Positions 1 to 10,149 are shown, counted from the first letter of the stretch. The stretch: DNA of 64,000 nucleotides from Calditrichia bacterium (GCA_050633245.1 JBOEGD010000009.1:224001-288000), one strand, 5' to 3'. Program-made: numbers and translations. The notes: generated from the letters alone by a model not told the origin.

Positions 1-182
1 AATGAGGCATCGGGCATTTCCTGTCTAAAGAATGCCATTGCTCTGCCACTACTTCCAATCACCAGGCGATGTCCACGCTGCTGAAGAGCCTTCATAACAG
101 GCAAACTACGTGTCGCATGACCGAGCCCCATATTGAGCACGGCAAAATAAATAGTTTTAGGTGGACTTTGTGGCAATATCAT
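1..182 (-). CDS. Glycosyltransferase (GT-B, GT1/GT28-like), 5' part only; runs off the window
   Basis: Own translation from ATG at 182: MILPQSPPKTIYFAVLNMGLGHATRSLPVMKALQQRGHRLVIGSSG... with the GxGHxxR N-terminal GT-B motif; overlaps the 3' end of the hydrolase gene. Confidence 0.75.
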   Translation of the reverse strand, partial: MILPQSPPKTIYFAVLNMGLGHATRSLPVMKALQQRGHRLVIGSSGRAMAFFRQEMPDAS

Positions 183-831
183 GGATCCATTTTGCTGCAA
201 CTTCGGAGATTTTAGATAAAACTTCCGGGTAGCTTACGCCCTGTCGCACCAGCACTTTAAAGGAGTGATTACCGCCCTCAACCCAATGCAGCTTATGCCG
301 ATCGCGAAGTCTGGTGAGCGTTTGAGTAAGCAAGTCCATTCGCGCAAACGGATCTCGCGTACCTTGTATAAACAGCATCTGCTGCCTCATGGTATATAAA
401 TAGTCGTCGCGAATGCGATCGAATTTGCCGGGAGGGTGTAGCGGATACCCAAAGAAAATGAGACCTTGTAAATCGGAGACGTCATTTGCAATCATTGTTG
501 CAATTCGGCCTCCCATAGATTTGCCACCGAGAAATAGTGCGCTGTATTTTAAATTTTCAGCAGCCCAATCGGCAACGGCTTTCCACGCCTCCATAAGGAT
601 TTTCGTACTATTAGGGGCTTTTCGGCCAGCTTGTTTGTATGGAAAATTGAATCGTAATACGCTGACGCCGTTTTCTTCCAGATGGCGTGCAGTCGTTTCA
701 AGAAATGGCGCGTCCATAGCGTTTCCAGCGCCATGTGCCAGAATCAGCAGCGGTTTTCCGGGGCCATCATTTTGCGGCAGCAATAACCCAACCTCTCGTC
801 CCTCGTCCAGCTTTAGCGTCCGTTCAGACAT
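157..831 (-). CDS. Alpha/beta hydrolase (KANL3/Tex30-like, dienelactone-hydrolase related)
   Basis: AHGAG oxyanion motif, GGKSMGG nucleophile elbow, GYPLHPPG, QGTRD, GGNH; GGAGG RBS before ATG at 831. Confidence 0.85.
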   Translation of the reverse strand: MSERTLKLDEGREVGLLLPQNDGPGKPLLILAHGAGNAMDAPFLETTARHLEENGVSVLRFNFPYKQAGRKAPNSTKILMEAWKAVADWAAENLKYSALFLGGKSMGGRIATMIANDVSDLQGLIFFGYPLHPPGKFDRIRDDYLYTMRQQMLFIQGTRDPFARMDLLTQTLTRLRDRHKLHWVEGGNHSFKVLVRQGVSYPEVLSKISEVAAKWIHDIATKST

Positions 832-930
832 ATAATCCTCCATAGTAGCGTTGCGCAAGCGGGCTCTGATAGTATTTAGCAAAACGATAGCAATCGTCCT
901 TTGATGACGATCACTGAAGCCTATAAAGGC

Positions 931-964
931 AGAACGCCGTCGGAAAAGAATCCGACGGCGTTCT
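931..964 (-). terminator. Intrinsic terminator-like hairpin downstream of rpsA
   Basis: Perfect 14-bp stem AGAACGCCGTCGGA/TCCGACGGCGTTCT, 30 bp after the rpsA stop; U-tract is weak. Confidence 0.7.
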
Positions 965-994
965 TAAGATCGTGCATAAGCCTGTAGCTAAAGG

Positions 995-3037
995 CTATTT
1001 TTTATCTTCAGCAGGTGCTTCATCTTTGGCGGGTGCTTCTTCGGCAGCCGGCTCTTCAGCGGGTTTTTCTTCCGCAGCCGGTGCTTCTTCAGCAGGCGCT
1101 TCATCAGTAGCTGGCGCTTCTTCTTTGGCTGGTGCTTCGTCCGCAGCCGGTGCCTCTTCAGCGGCCTCGTCTTTTTTCTTACGAGATGCTTTCTTAGGCT
1201 TTCCTTCTGCCGGAGCTTCTTCAAGCTCAGGAACTTCTTCCACCATATCTTTCAGGGTTGCCGGAGTAAGAGCGTGTTCTGCCATGTAGGAGTCCACAAC
1301 GTCTTGCTCTTTGCCTTTCAGATATTCGCTTACCGATAGAACGATGCGCTTGTTTTCCTTATCGAATTCGATAACGGCAAGCGGCAGATCGTCTCCAACC
1401 TTGAAGTGATCGGAAGCGCGCTTGATGTTCTGCTTACCAAGGTGGTTCAGCGGAACAAATGCGTCTACACCAAGCGGCAGTCCAACGATAACGCCTTTAT
1501 CGATCAGGCGAACAATTTTACCAGTGGTCTCGGTGCCAGTGTCATAAGACTCAGCAAAGGTATCCCACGGGTTGGTTTCAACCTGCTTGTGTCCAAGAGC
1601 AATACGACGCTCAGGCTTGTTGATATCGAGAACAATAACTTCGATTTCTTCGCCTTTGCGAATCACTTCACTTGGGTGGCGAACCTTGCGTGTCCAGGAC
1701 AAGTCAGAAATGTGAACCAGTCCGTCAACACCTTCTTCCAGCTCAACGAATGCGCCGAAAGGAGTCAGATTACGCACAACGCCGGTGTGGCGTGTATCTG
1801 CAGGATATTTAGATTCGATATCTTCCCATGGATCTGGCGTCAGCTGCTTTAGGCCAAGCGAGATTTTGCGATCGTTTGGTGCAATGTTCAGCAGCACGGC
1901 CTCTACCATATCTCCTTCTTTCAGAATCTGAGAAGGGTTTTTAACATGGTGTGACCAGCTCATTTCGGAAACGTGAATCAAACCTTCGATACCATGCTCA
2001 AGCTCAACGAATGCACCGTAATCGGTAAGGCTAACCACTTTACCTTCAACTTTAGAGCCGACCGGGAAACGCTCTGCGATATTTTCCCATGGGTGTGGCT
2101 GAAGCTGTTTAAGACCAAGAGAAATACGAGTTTTCTCTTTATCGAAGTCGAGAATCATTACGTCGATCTCTTCATCCAGATTTACCATCTCGCGTGGGTG
2201 GTTAACACGTCCCCATGAAAGGTCGGTAATGTGAAGCAGACCGTCTACGCCACCGAGGTCGATGAATACACCAAAGTCGGTGATATTCTTGACCACTCCG
2301 CGGCGAACCTGCCCTTTTTCCAGAGTCGAGAGAATCTCGGCACGTTTGCTTTCGAGTTCTTTCTCGATAATAACGCGGCGAGAAACAACGATATTCTTAC
2401 GCTGCTCGTTTACTTTTACAATTTTTAAATCGAGGTTGCGATTGACAAATGCGTCGAAATCGCGAATCGGCTTCACGTCTACTTGCGAACCTGGCAAGAA
2501 GGCGTCTACGCCATTAAGGTCTACTACAAATCCACCCTTGATACGACGAACCAGTCGTCCTTCGATGGTTTCGTTAGCAGCATATTTAGCCATCAGGCGA
2601 TCCCATGCACGCAGGAAGTATACCTTACGGCGGGAAACCTGAACATTTCCATCACGGTCTTCCGGAGATTCAAGGAACAGCTCAACTTCGTCGCCTGCCT
2701 TAAATTCATCAAGATCGATGAATTCCTCTACCGGAATCATACCTTCACTTTTAAAACCTATGTCTACGATAACATAAGAAGAACCTATTTCCAGAATATT
2801 ACCCGTTACAATGTCTTCTTTGTTCAGCTTCTCAAAGCTTTTTTCGTAGAGCGCCAAAAGCTCGTCATCACCAGGATCGGCTTCGGCCATCATTCTATCC
2901 AAGTCTTCCAGCTTGATTACTTGACCAGGCTGAAAGGGACCATCATGGTCATCGCTGGTTGCTACCGGAGCAGCTGCAGCAGGGGTTTCGGCTTGCACTT
3001 CCTTGTTCTCAAGCTCTTCTTGTTTAACTTCACTCAT
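995..3037 (-). CDS. rpsA: 30S ribosomal protein S1
   Basis: Six S1 repeats (DIGFKSEG, AFLPGSQVD, GLLHITDLSW, GLIHVSEMSW, GLVHISDLSW); start MSEVKQ after AAGGAAG; acidic low-complexity C-tail. Confidence 0.97.
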   Translation of the reverse strand: MSEVKQEELENKEVQAETPAAAAPVATSDDHDGPFQPGQVIKLEDLDRMMAEADPGDDELLALYEKSFEKLNKEDIVTGNILEIGSSYVIVDIGFKSEGMIPVEEFIDLDEFKAGDEVELFLESPEDRDGNVQVSRRKVYFLRAWDRLMAKYAANETIEGRLVRRIKGGFVVDLNGVDAFLPGSQVDVKPIRDFDAFVNRNLDLKIVKVNEQRKNIVVSRRVIIEKELESKRAEILSTLEKGQVRRGVVKNITDFGVFIDLGGVDGLLHITDLSWGRVNHPREMVNLDEEIDVMILDFDKEKTRISLGLKQLQPHPWENIAERFPVGSKVEGKVVSLTDYGAFVELEHGIEGLIHVSEMSWSHHVKNPSQILKEGDMVEAVLLNIAPNDRKISLGLKQLTPDPWEDIESKYPADTRHTGVVRNLTPFGAFVELEEGVDGLVHISDLSWTRKVRHPSEVIRKGEEIEVIVLDINKPERRIALGHKQVETNPWDTFAESYDTGTETTGKIVRLIDKGVIVGLPLGVDAFVPLNHLGKQNIKRASDHFKVGDDLPLAVIEFDKENKRIVLSVSEYLKGKEQDVVDSYMAEHALTPATLKDMVEEVPELEEAPAEGKPKKASRKKKDEAAEEAPAADEAPAKEEAPATDEAPAEEAPAAEEKPAEEPAAEEAPAKDEAPAEDKK

Positions 3038-3147
3038 TAAGTTTACTTCCTTTATGGTTGAACATGATGCCAAACGAATTAGGAGTTTGACCAGTTCTAA
3101 ATGTAACAACATAACCCAAGGAAGTCAAAATAATTTTTTTACAAAGC

Positions 3148-3666
3148 TTATTTTTTTCGACGATAGCGAATATTCCACAAGTCGCTCCACGTCTGCCCTC
3201 CGTCCAATGAACGTTGCCAATTCCAATCGAATGCATCAGCGGTGATATTCTCGAAGATCATACGGGAAACAACCTGCTTACCATTGCGCTCTTTTACAGC
3301 ACTGCGCAACTCCATTTTTCCGTCTTCGTAACCACCGGTAAACAGTAAATATGCGCCGCTGTTATCTACCCAGGTTTGCTGCCAATGTTCCGTTTGCGCA
3401 TTAAAAACCGACCAGCTTCGTCCAATAAATGAGCTGTCTGCAAAACTGAAGTTTTCTTCGATCGTACAGCCACCCAGGTTCTTAGTGATATGATTACGCG
3501 CACTGCCGGTTTGCCCCTCAGGCGTTCCGGCCTGTCCACCAGCCCAGCTAAGCTCCCACTCCCCTATCCAAAAATCGAACTGAGATGCGCGTGCATCACT
3601 GCAGGGTTTTTGTGGAGTTTGAGCAAAGACAAGTGTTGAGCAGAATAAGAGTAAAAGTAATTTCAT
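3148..3666 (-). CDS. Secreted DUF1579-like beta-barrel protein
   Basis: Signal peptide MKLLLLLFCSTLVFA; QFDFWIGEW, WQQTWVDN and SLDGGQTW motifs; AGGAGA RBS. Confidence 0.7.
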   Translation of the reverse strand: MKLLLLLFCSTLVFAQTPQKPCSDARASQFDFWIGEWELSWAGGQAGTPEGQTGSARNHITKNLGGCTIEENFSFADSSFIGRSWSVFNAQTEHWQQTWVDNSGAYLLFTGGYEDGKMELRSAVKERNGKQVVSRMIFENITADAFDWNWQRSLDGGQTWSDLWNIRYRRKK

Positions 3667-3683
3667 GATTTCTCCTGTACGAT

Positions 3684-3797
3684 GTTGAGATGTACTACGG
3701 TGCGTCTTTACGATGTCTGATCTGAGACGCTGTAGCATACAGACCAGGAGACGCGCTGCGGCATGCGAACTAGAGACGCACTGCAGCACGTCTTTAC
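3684..3797. repeat. Cluster of REP-like palindromes (GAGACGC-N7/8-GCGTCT family)
   Basis: gttgagatgtactacggtgcgtctttac (3684-3711), tagagacgcactgcagcacgtctttac (3771-3797) and two decayed GAGACGC copies; same family at 58408-58476. Confidence 0.6.
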
Positions 3798-3800
3798 TAC

Positions 3801-5672
3801 TTACTTCATTAAGATCATCTTGCGTGAAGCGCTTTGCACAGTACCGCCACTGAGCCCTGTAGCCGTCATTTTATAGAGATAGACTCCCGATGCTGCACGA
3901 TTTCCCGCAGCATCCGTGCCGTCCCACTCAAGCTGATAGCTACCGGCAGCATAATTTTTCTTCGTTAAGGTACGCAGTAGTTGACCAGAAACAGCATAGA
4001 TTGCTATGTCCACTTTTGCTCCCTGCAAAAGCTCAAAGCCAATGCTTGTTGACGGATTGAAAGGATTTGGCCAGTTTTGCTCAAGGTAAAACTGTTTGCT
4101 CAACTGAGAAGCCTGATCTCCGATTCCGGTTACGCCGGCAAGACCCTGATTTTCGGTCGCTACATAAAACTGTTCAATGGCAACATCCGTATACACATCT
4201 ACGCTATCTGATGGCCAGGTAATTACAAGCGAATCGATAACAGTCGCATCAGCAAGACCAAAGTGTACGTTCAGACTATTTTGCGCGCTAAAGCTATTTT
4301 GGGCAGAGATTTCACGCATCTGCCAAACCGGATTACCATTCATTGTAGCTTTGGCCTGAACACGGGCACCGATTGCAGAGCGATTCGACTGGACGCCTTC
4401 GGCTCGAATGTTTACCCAGGCATTGCCATTCGTCTCAGAGTCGTTGCGAAAGAGCCCCCGACCGCCCGGTGCGGCGGAATATACAAACAGATCCAGATCG
4501 CCATCGCGATCATAGTCTCCGGCAGATGCCCCACACTGTGCGGCATTGAGCCCTACAATAGCAATCTGAGTATCCCGGGTAAATGTGCCATCTCCGTTAT
4601 TGGCATAATAGAAGGAAGCGGCACCGCCGTCATTGGTAACATACACATCCAAATCGCCATCATTATCAAAATCTGCCCAGTTATTTGCCAGTGAGAAGGC
4701 TACGTCGCTAACCAGCGTGCCCACATCCTGTGCAGTCATTTTCACATAGGTTCCTGCATCATTGCGATAGAGATTGTTTACCGAGGCGGCATAGTTGGTC
4801 AGAAACGCATCCAGGTCACCGTCATTATCGTAATCCACCCAGTTCCAAACCTGACCATCAACCAGATCGGTGGCCAAAATTCCGGTGGTTATCTTCTCGA
4901 GGGTGGCCGTTCCGGTTTCGGTGAGTAGATTGCGGTAGAGATTGTCTGGAGCAGCCGTTCCCAGAGCCGGTCCGCTACCGATAAACAAATCCTGATCTCC
5001 GTCTAAGTCGAAATCTGAAAACGTTCCGACGGTGTACGGCGCAAGTCCGGTTGTTACATCGCTGGAATCCGGTGCAACCTTTGTCCAATCGACACCATTT
5101 TCATTAAAGAAAAGATGATTTGGCGTTGGGCCGCCGGGCACAAAATTAGCCGGATGCACGATGAGTAAATCGACATAGCTATTGTCGTCAATATCAGCAA
5201 AAGCACAAGCCCAGCCGCGATTGGCCGTACCACCACCAATATCACCAGAGCTGACAGCCGTAAATGTTCCGTCACCATTATTTAAATACAATGACGATGT
5301 GGCAGCACCAATAAAACAATCTATAAATCCATCGTTATTCACATCAGCCCAGGTATTTCCGTGACCAGCGCCATTGTTGTTATTCGCACTGCCGATGCCA
5401 CTGCCGGTAATTTTAACAAATACACCACCACCATCATTGCGATACAGAAGCGTATTGTTTACGAAAAGATCGAGATCCTCGTCGCTATCGTAATCAATCC
5501 AGCTTCCACCAGCGTATCCACCCGGCCCGGCCTGGGTTTCAGCGGCGATTGGATTTGCACTATCAGTAATGCGAGTAAATTGCTGCGCATCGAGCTTTTC
5601 GGGAAGCAGCACTCCCAGCATCAACAAAAAGGGTAGATAAATTGAGATAAAACTGCGTGTAGAAAAAGACAT
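3801..5672 (-). CDS. Secreted FG-GAP/VCBS repeat + ASPIC/UnbV (CRTAC1-like) protein with FlgD-Ig/T9SS-like C-terminal domain
   Basis: Signal peptide; repeated DxDxDGDxD Ca-binding blades; SNRSAIGARV...VHFGL ASPIC/UnbV; QNWPNPFNPST...KMILMK tail. Confidence 0.88.
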   Translation of the reverse strand: MSFSTRSFISIYLPFLLMLGVLLPEKLDAQQFTRITDSANPIAAETQAGPGGYAGGSWIDYDSDEDLDLFVNNTLLYRNDGGGVFVKITGSGIGSANNNNGAGHGNTWADVNNDGFIDCFIGAATSSLYLNNGDGTFTAVSSGDIGGGTANRGWACAFADIDDNSYVDLLIVHPANFVPGGPTPNHLFFNENGVDWTKVAPDSSDVTTGLAPYTVGTFSDFDLDGDQDLFIGSGPALGTAAPDNLYRNLLTETGTATLEKITTGILATDLVDGQVWNWVDYDNDGDLDAFLTNYAASVNNLYRNDAGTYVKMTAQDVGTLVSDVAFSLANNWADFDNDGDLDVYVTNDGGAASFYYANNGDGTFTRDTQIAIVGLNAAQCGASAGDYDRDGDLDLFVYSAAPGGRGLFRNDSETNGNAWVNIRAEGVQSNRSAIGARVQAKATMNGNPVWQMREISAQNSFSAQNSLNVHFGLADATVIDSLVITWPSDSVDVYTDVAIEQFYVATENQGLAGVTGIGDQASQLSKQFYLEQNWPNPFNPSTSIGFELLQGAKVDIAIYAVSGQLLRTLTKKNYAAGSYQLEWDGTDAAGNRAASGVYLYKMTATGLSGGTVQSASRKMILMK

Positions 5673-5801
5673 GTTATCCTCCTGAGGTTGGTTGGTTATA
5701 CTAACCTAGGAAGCTGTACGGTAAAATTATATACCCAATAGTGGAGGGGAATAGACCTTTTAACGGTGAAAATGTGGTTTTGGGGTAACCCATCGTGGTA
5801 A

Positions 5802-5878
5802 TGGGCGCTACGTTTATTGGGCGTCGCTTTGGACTAATAGGGCGCATCTACGGTGCTGATTGGGCGCTTCGCTTATTG
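5802..5878. repeat. Degenerate modular repeat (GGGCG-led units)
   Basis: Four units starting (T/A)GGGCG at 5802, 5818, 5839 and 5861; 5839-5868 matches the reverse complement of 63380-63409 at 25/30. Confidence 0.55.
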
Positions 5879-5902
5879 TGAAAGGAGTTCTGAGTTCTGC
5901 AT

Positions 5903-6520
5903 TTAAACAAGTTTATCCTGTAGTGCTCGTGCTACGGCTTGCGAACTGGAATTGACTTCCAGCTTGCGATAGATGCTTTTAATATGGCCATGAACCGTTC
6001 CGCGTGAGATACCCAGCGAAGCTGCGATCATCTTATAGCTGTCACCACGGCAGAGCAGCTGGAGAATTTGTGCCTCACGCGTTGTCAGCTCTACCGGGGC
6101 AGGGCGGTGAAACGAATCCAATACCCGACGCGCTATATGTGCCGTCATCGGTGCGCCGCCATTTGCTACTTCGTGGATGGCTGCAATGAGTTTGAGTGGC
6201 GGTGTTGTTTTAACAAGATAGCCGCATGCGCCGGCGCTCAGCGCCTGAAACACCAACTCATCTTCCTCGTGAACCGTAAGCATCAAGATATCTGTGTCGG
6301 GACAGGCCTTGCGAATATCCGGCAGTGCCTCAACGCCCCAGCGCCCGGGCATTTCGATGTCGAGCAGCAATACCTCCGGAGCATTGCCGACAATTTCTTT
6401 CAGCGCCACATCGCAATTGCTATAGGATGCCAGACAAAACATATTCGGAGTGCCGTCAATCAGTAAATGTAATCCCTCACGAATATCCCGATTATCTTCA
6501 ACCAGCGAAACGGAAATCAT
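5903..6520 (-). CDS. NarL/LuxR-family response regulator (REC + HTH)
   Basis: VED, LLDIEMPG, GACGYLVK, LTTREAQIL...IYRKLEV; start MISVSLVED lies 5 bp after the kinase stop. Confidence 0.93.
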   Translation of the reverse strand: MISVSLVEDNRDIREGLHLLIDGTPNMFCLASYSNCDVALKEIVGNAPEVLLLDIEMPGRWGVEALPDIRKACPDTDILMLTVHEEDELVFQALSAGACGYLVKTTPPLKLIAAIHEVANGGAPMTAHIARRVLDSFHRPAPVELTTREAQILQLLCRGDSYKMIAASLGISRGTVHGHIKSIYRKLEVNSSSQAVARALQDKLV

Positions 6521-6524
6521 AAGT

Positions 6525-9500
6525 CTATCCTTTTTCTGCAAGTGATATGGATGATGAAACGCCTTCCGGTAGTGCTGCTGAGAAGATAACAGATGTGCCA
6601 ACATTAGGAGCGGCTTCAACGACAAGCTTGCCACCCAGCTTTCTCGCACGCTGCTGCATGTTTTCCAGTCCATTCCCTGCACTATCTTCATTTATGCCAA
6701 ACCCAACCCCATTGTCTACGACGGCAATACGCAAAATCCCGTTTTTGCAGCACCACTCAAGCTTCACCCGGGTCGCTTTGCTGTGCTTCAACACATTATG
6801 AAAAGCCTCTTTAACCAGCAACGTGACGTGACGTCGCCAATCCATAGACAGCGTAATGTTTGGTGGACAGTTATTGTCCAGTTCACACTGCATGTCGATT
6901 GGCGAATCGCTGAACAAGTCTGTTGCAAATTCATTGAGATGCCGCACCAAATCGTAGAGCGAATCGTTTTCCGGGTTTAGTGCCCAGATAAAATCGCGGG
7001 AGTCACTCCCGAGTCGTTCAGCGGCACCGGCGATCTTATCGAGATAGCGACGCATCGTGCCATCTGCGTTCGATCCGTTTAATGTCTGCGTAGCCAGCTC
7101 GCTGTATAGTGAAATTTTTGTTAACTGATGCCCCATCTGATCATGATAATCGCGAGACGTTTTGTCGCGCATCCAGGACCTCTCTAACGAACGTGCTCGT
7201 TGAATAAGCAACGATTGTCTTATCTGCTGCTGAAGACGATAGCGATGCAGCAGGTAAGCAATTGCGAGAACAGTAGCGATGCAAAGCAAGTAAAACCAGC
7301 TATTTAGCCAAAAGGGTGCGGTGATTATTAAAGGCAGGCGAGCTGTTTGTAAAGAAGGCTTGCCTGCACTATCTGTACCGCGCACTTCAAATACATATTG
7401 TCCGGGGGGTAGTTTTCCAAAGCTGACGCTGGTTTTATTACCGGCTAATATCCATTCATCAGTCCAGCCGATTAAACGATAGAAATAGCAGTTTTTCTGA
7501 GGAGCCGTATAATCCAGTAGTGCATAATTAAATTCTGGCTCACGCTGATCCCAGCTCAGTCTGAGTTCTTCATCTTGCGACAGCCAATGCACGTTTCCGC
7601 TTACGGTAATTGAATTGAGAACAATGGGTGACCGGGTCTCCTTTTCCGACAGCGGGGTAACGGGGATACGGTTAATACCATTAATGCCGCCAAACAGGAT
7701 ACTTCCGTCGCTTAAAGTAAGCGATACTCCCTGCGTGAACAAATTTCCCTGCAGGCCATCATGAACATCAAAGTTGCGAATGCTTTTATCAGCAGGACTA
7801 AATCGTGTTACCCCCTGATGCGTGCTCAACCAAAGACTTTCTTCGCCCAAAGAAGCGATTCCACAAATCACATCGTTTGCAAGCCCCGAGTCCAAATCAT
7901 ACGTTTCGCAGATGCCATTTTCGGGATCCAAAAGAGCCAATCCGGCACTGGTACCCACCCAGATCTTGCCGTTTTCCGCCTGCTGCACTGCATAGATGTA
8001 ACTGCTGGGAAGGCTTTGTGCATCGTTTAATTGATGGCGATAGTTGACAAAGTTATCGGATGCTGCGTCGTATCTACTCAACCCACCATACGTTCCAATC
8101 CAGATATTATCAAATTCATCCTTGTATAGAGACAGCGTCCAGCTATGTGCAAGAGACGAAGCATCTGTTGCAGAAAAGAGATAGCGCTGTACCTTACCGC
8201 TTACAATATCCATGCGATTAAGGCCATTGGAAGTGGCAATCCAGAGGTCATCTTCATTCCCCTCTACAAGTGCATTAATTACTCCGTAACTGAGGGAAGA
8301 TTTATTTTCAGGATTGTGGCGATACACCTTTTTTTTACCATTTGGACCGATACGTAGCAGTCTATTACCAGACGCGATCCAGGAAAGGTAGCCATTGCGT
8401 TGATCGCGTGTCTCACAAAGAGCTCGAATTTTAGCATACCCTTTTGTAACGTACTTCGTATTTACAGGATGATCTTCAAAACGCAGCTTCGAGAGTGAAC
8501 TTGTATAGGGCTCTTCAGAGACACTCAATCCTTCTGTAGTGGCCACCCAAAGATGTCTATCATGCGTTTGCATCAGCGCGGTAATTTCATTGCCGGGAAT
8601 TGTATCATCGCGATACGGATTATGTCGCAGTAGCTCAAACTTGTTTTTCCAGGGGGCATAACGGTTGACGCCGCCCAGGTAGGAGCCAATCCAGAGCATA
8701 CCGGAAACGTCATGGCACAGACTGATAATCTGGTTACTGCACAGCGTTCCGGGCTGGCGCGCATTATGATAGCTGTTGATGAAAACACTGCTACCGAGTG
8801 AACCTGCATGGATTGTTGACAAGCCATTCTCGGTGGCAATCCAGAACTGTCCCTGCATATCTTCCGCGATAGCATTAACGGAATTTGATGCCAGGCTGGC
8901 AGGGTTTTGCTTATCTGCGAAAAATTTATGAACGACTCTTTTCGACTCACCCTGCGATAAGATGCTTATCCCGTTACGTGCGGTGCCGACCCATAATCGA
9001 CGTGATTGATCTTCATAAATAGTTCGAATAAATGTGCCTGAAAGATACTGGTTCGATTGATCAGATTTATCAAACGCAACACTGCCCTGCCCCTCTTTTA
9101 TCGCAAAAAGCCCATTGGTGCTTCCAACCCAGAGAGTAGAATCCGAGTCCAGCAGCAGTCTTTGAATTGAGCGTAGCGGTTTTCCATTCAGCGTAATGGG
9201 AACCGGCTTAAAATGATATATGCCATTGCCATCCTGTTCCGCAGTATACACCCCACTCCGAGAAGTGGCAAACCACAGCTTGCGTTTTCCCTGCCAATTC
9301 GTCTCGGCAACGGACCAAATGGTATTGTCACCAATAGCTGTGCTATCCTGCTCTGAAGCCAGAAAACGCTGAAACGTCCCGTTTTTTTTATCAAAGCGAT
9401 TTAGGCCACCACCCCAAGTACCTACCCAGAGATCGCCCTGGCTGTCTTCGAAGACTGTAATAATGTCGTTATGGGAAATGGATTGAAGATCTTGCGGGTC

Positions 9501-9752
9501 ATTGCGATAGCGGGTGTATTGCTGACCATCATAGCGAATAAGACCATACATACTGCCGAGCCAAATTACACCATGCCGATCCTGAATAATACTATAAACC
9601 ATATTATGAGAAATACCCTCTTCAAGTGAGAGCGTTTCGAAGGTAAAGCGAGAATCGGCGGAGGCAGTTAGTGAGGCAATCAAAAAAAGGAGGCCGCAGA
9701 TATGCAGCCTCCGGAAAAGCACTAATTTTATTTTTTTCTTTCGCACGTGCAT
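6525..9752 (-). CDS. Sensor histidine kinase: beta-propeller (Reg_prop) repeats + Y_Y_Y + TM + HisKA_3 + HATPase
   Basis: Repeated 'ED..G.LW.GT..GL' blades; H-box RDYHDQMG; EAFHNVLKHS, DNGVG, GNGL; GGAGG RBS. Confidence 0.93.
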   Translation of the reverse strand: MHVRKKKIKLVLFRRLHICGLLFLIASLTASADSRFTFETLSLEEGISHNMVYSIIQDRHGVIWLGSMYGLIRYDGQQYTRYRNDPQDLQSISHNDIITVFEDSQGDLWVGTWGGGLNRFDKKNGTFQRFLASEQDSTAIGDNTIWSVAETNWQGKRKLWFATSRSGVYTAEQDGNGIYHFKPVPITLNGKPLRSIQRLLLDSDSTLWVGSTNGLFAIKEGQGSVAFDKSDQSNQYLSGTFIRTIYEDQSRRLWVGTARNGISILSQGESKRVVHKFFADKQNPASLASNSVNAIAEDMQGQFWIATENGLSTIHAGSLGSSVFINSYHNARQPGTLCSNQIISLCHDVSGMLWIGSYLGGVNRYAPWKNKFELLRHNPYRDDTIPGNEITALMQTHDRHLWVATTEGLSVSEEPYTSSLSKLRFEDHPVNTKYVTKGYAKIRALCETRDQRNGYLSWIASGNRLLRIGPNGKKKVYRHNPENKSSLSYGVINALVEGNEDDLWIATSNGLNRMDIVSGKVQRYLFSATDASSLAHSWTLSLYKDEFDNIWIGTYGGLSRYDAASDNFVNYRHQLNDAQSLPSSYIYAVQQAENGKIWVGTSAGLALLDPENGICETYDLDSGLANDVICGIASLGEESLWLSTHQGVTRFSPADKSIRNFDVHDGLQGNLFTQGVSLTLSDGSILFGGINGINRIPVTPLSEKETRSPIVLNSITVSGNVHWLSQDEELRLSWDQREPEFNYALLDYTAPQKNCYFYRLIGWTDEWILAGNKTSVSFGKLPPGQYVFEVRGTDSAGKPSLQTARLPLIITAPFWLNSWFYLLCIATVLAIAYLLHRYRLQQQIRQSLLIQRARSLERSWMRDKTSRDYHDQMGHQLTKISLYSELATQTLNGSNADGTMRRYLDKIAGAAERLGSDSRDFIWALNPENDSLYDLVRHLNEFATDLFSDSPIDMQCELDNNCPPNITLSMDWRRHVTLLVKEAFHNVLKHSKATRVKLEWCCKNGILRIAVVDNGVGFGINEDSAGNGLENMQQRARKLGGKLVVEAAPNVGTSVIFSAALPEGVSSSISLAEKG

Positions 9753-9829
9753 ACTTTACCTCCCTCTGGTAAAAGTAAACATTCGGGCATACTAAGAATA
9801 GAAAGTCAGGGCGTAGTATAACTGTTAGG

Positions 9830-9949
9830 CTACGCGTTCATAAAATGAAGAAGGGCGTAGCAAGCGAAAACCACAAGACCGACAAAACGTTTTGCCCCGG
9901 ATGTTCCGACTAATAAACCACTACTTAAAACTGCATAAGCGAATTCCAT
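9830..9949 (-). CDS. Putative 39-aa small membrane protein
   Basis: AAGGAG 6 nt before ATG; MEFAYAVLSSGLLVGTSGAKRFVGLVVFACYALLHFMNA has two hydrophobic segments. Confidence 0.5.
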   Translation of the reverse strand: MEFAYAVLSSGLLVGTSGAKRFVGLVVFACYALLHFMNA

Positions 9950-10033
9950 GTTCAACTCCTTGCGACAAGTGCATTTGATTTTGCAGCGCGTCAAGCTGTA
10001 TATCATGATACAAACTGAAAACAAGTGAATCCA

Positions 10034-10050
10034 TAACCCGAATGGGGCAT
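10034..10050 (-). promoter_or_regulatory. Putative NarL-type operator (one of five similar 17-mers)
   Basis: ATGCCCCATTCGGGTTA; related pseudo-palindromes at 10821, 10857, 5731 and 5785. Confidence 0.35.
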
Positions 10051-10109
10051 TTTTGGGCATTTTTTTAGTCTTTTATGGAGAATATTGGAAGGTTATCTCA
10101 AAAGGGGGC

Positions 10110-10135
10110 AAAAGCCCATAACCTTGGCTATGGGC
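10110..10135 (-). terminator. Intrinsic terminator after second response regulator
   Basis: Minus strand GCCCATAGCC-AA-GGTTATGGGC-TTTT. Confidence 0.7.
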
Positions 10136-10149
10136 GTAAGTTCAAATTA

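Noticed and set aside
972-1289. Ser/Ala-rich and Lys-rich ORFs
   Set aside because: Antisense and alternate-frame shadows of the rpsA low-complexity tail
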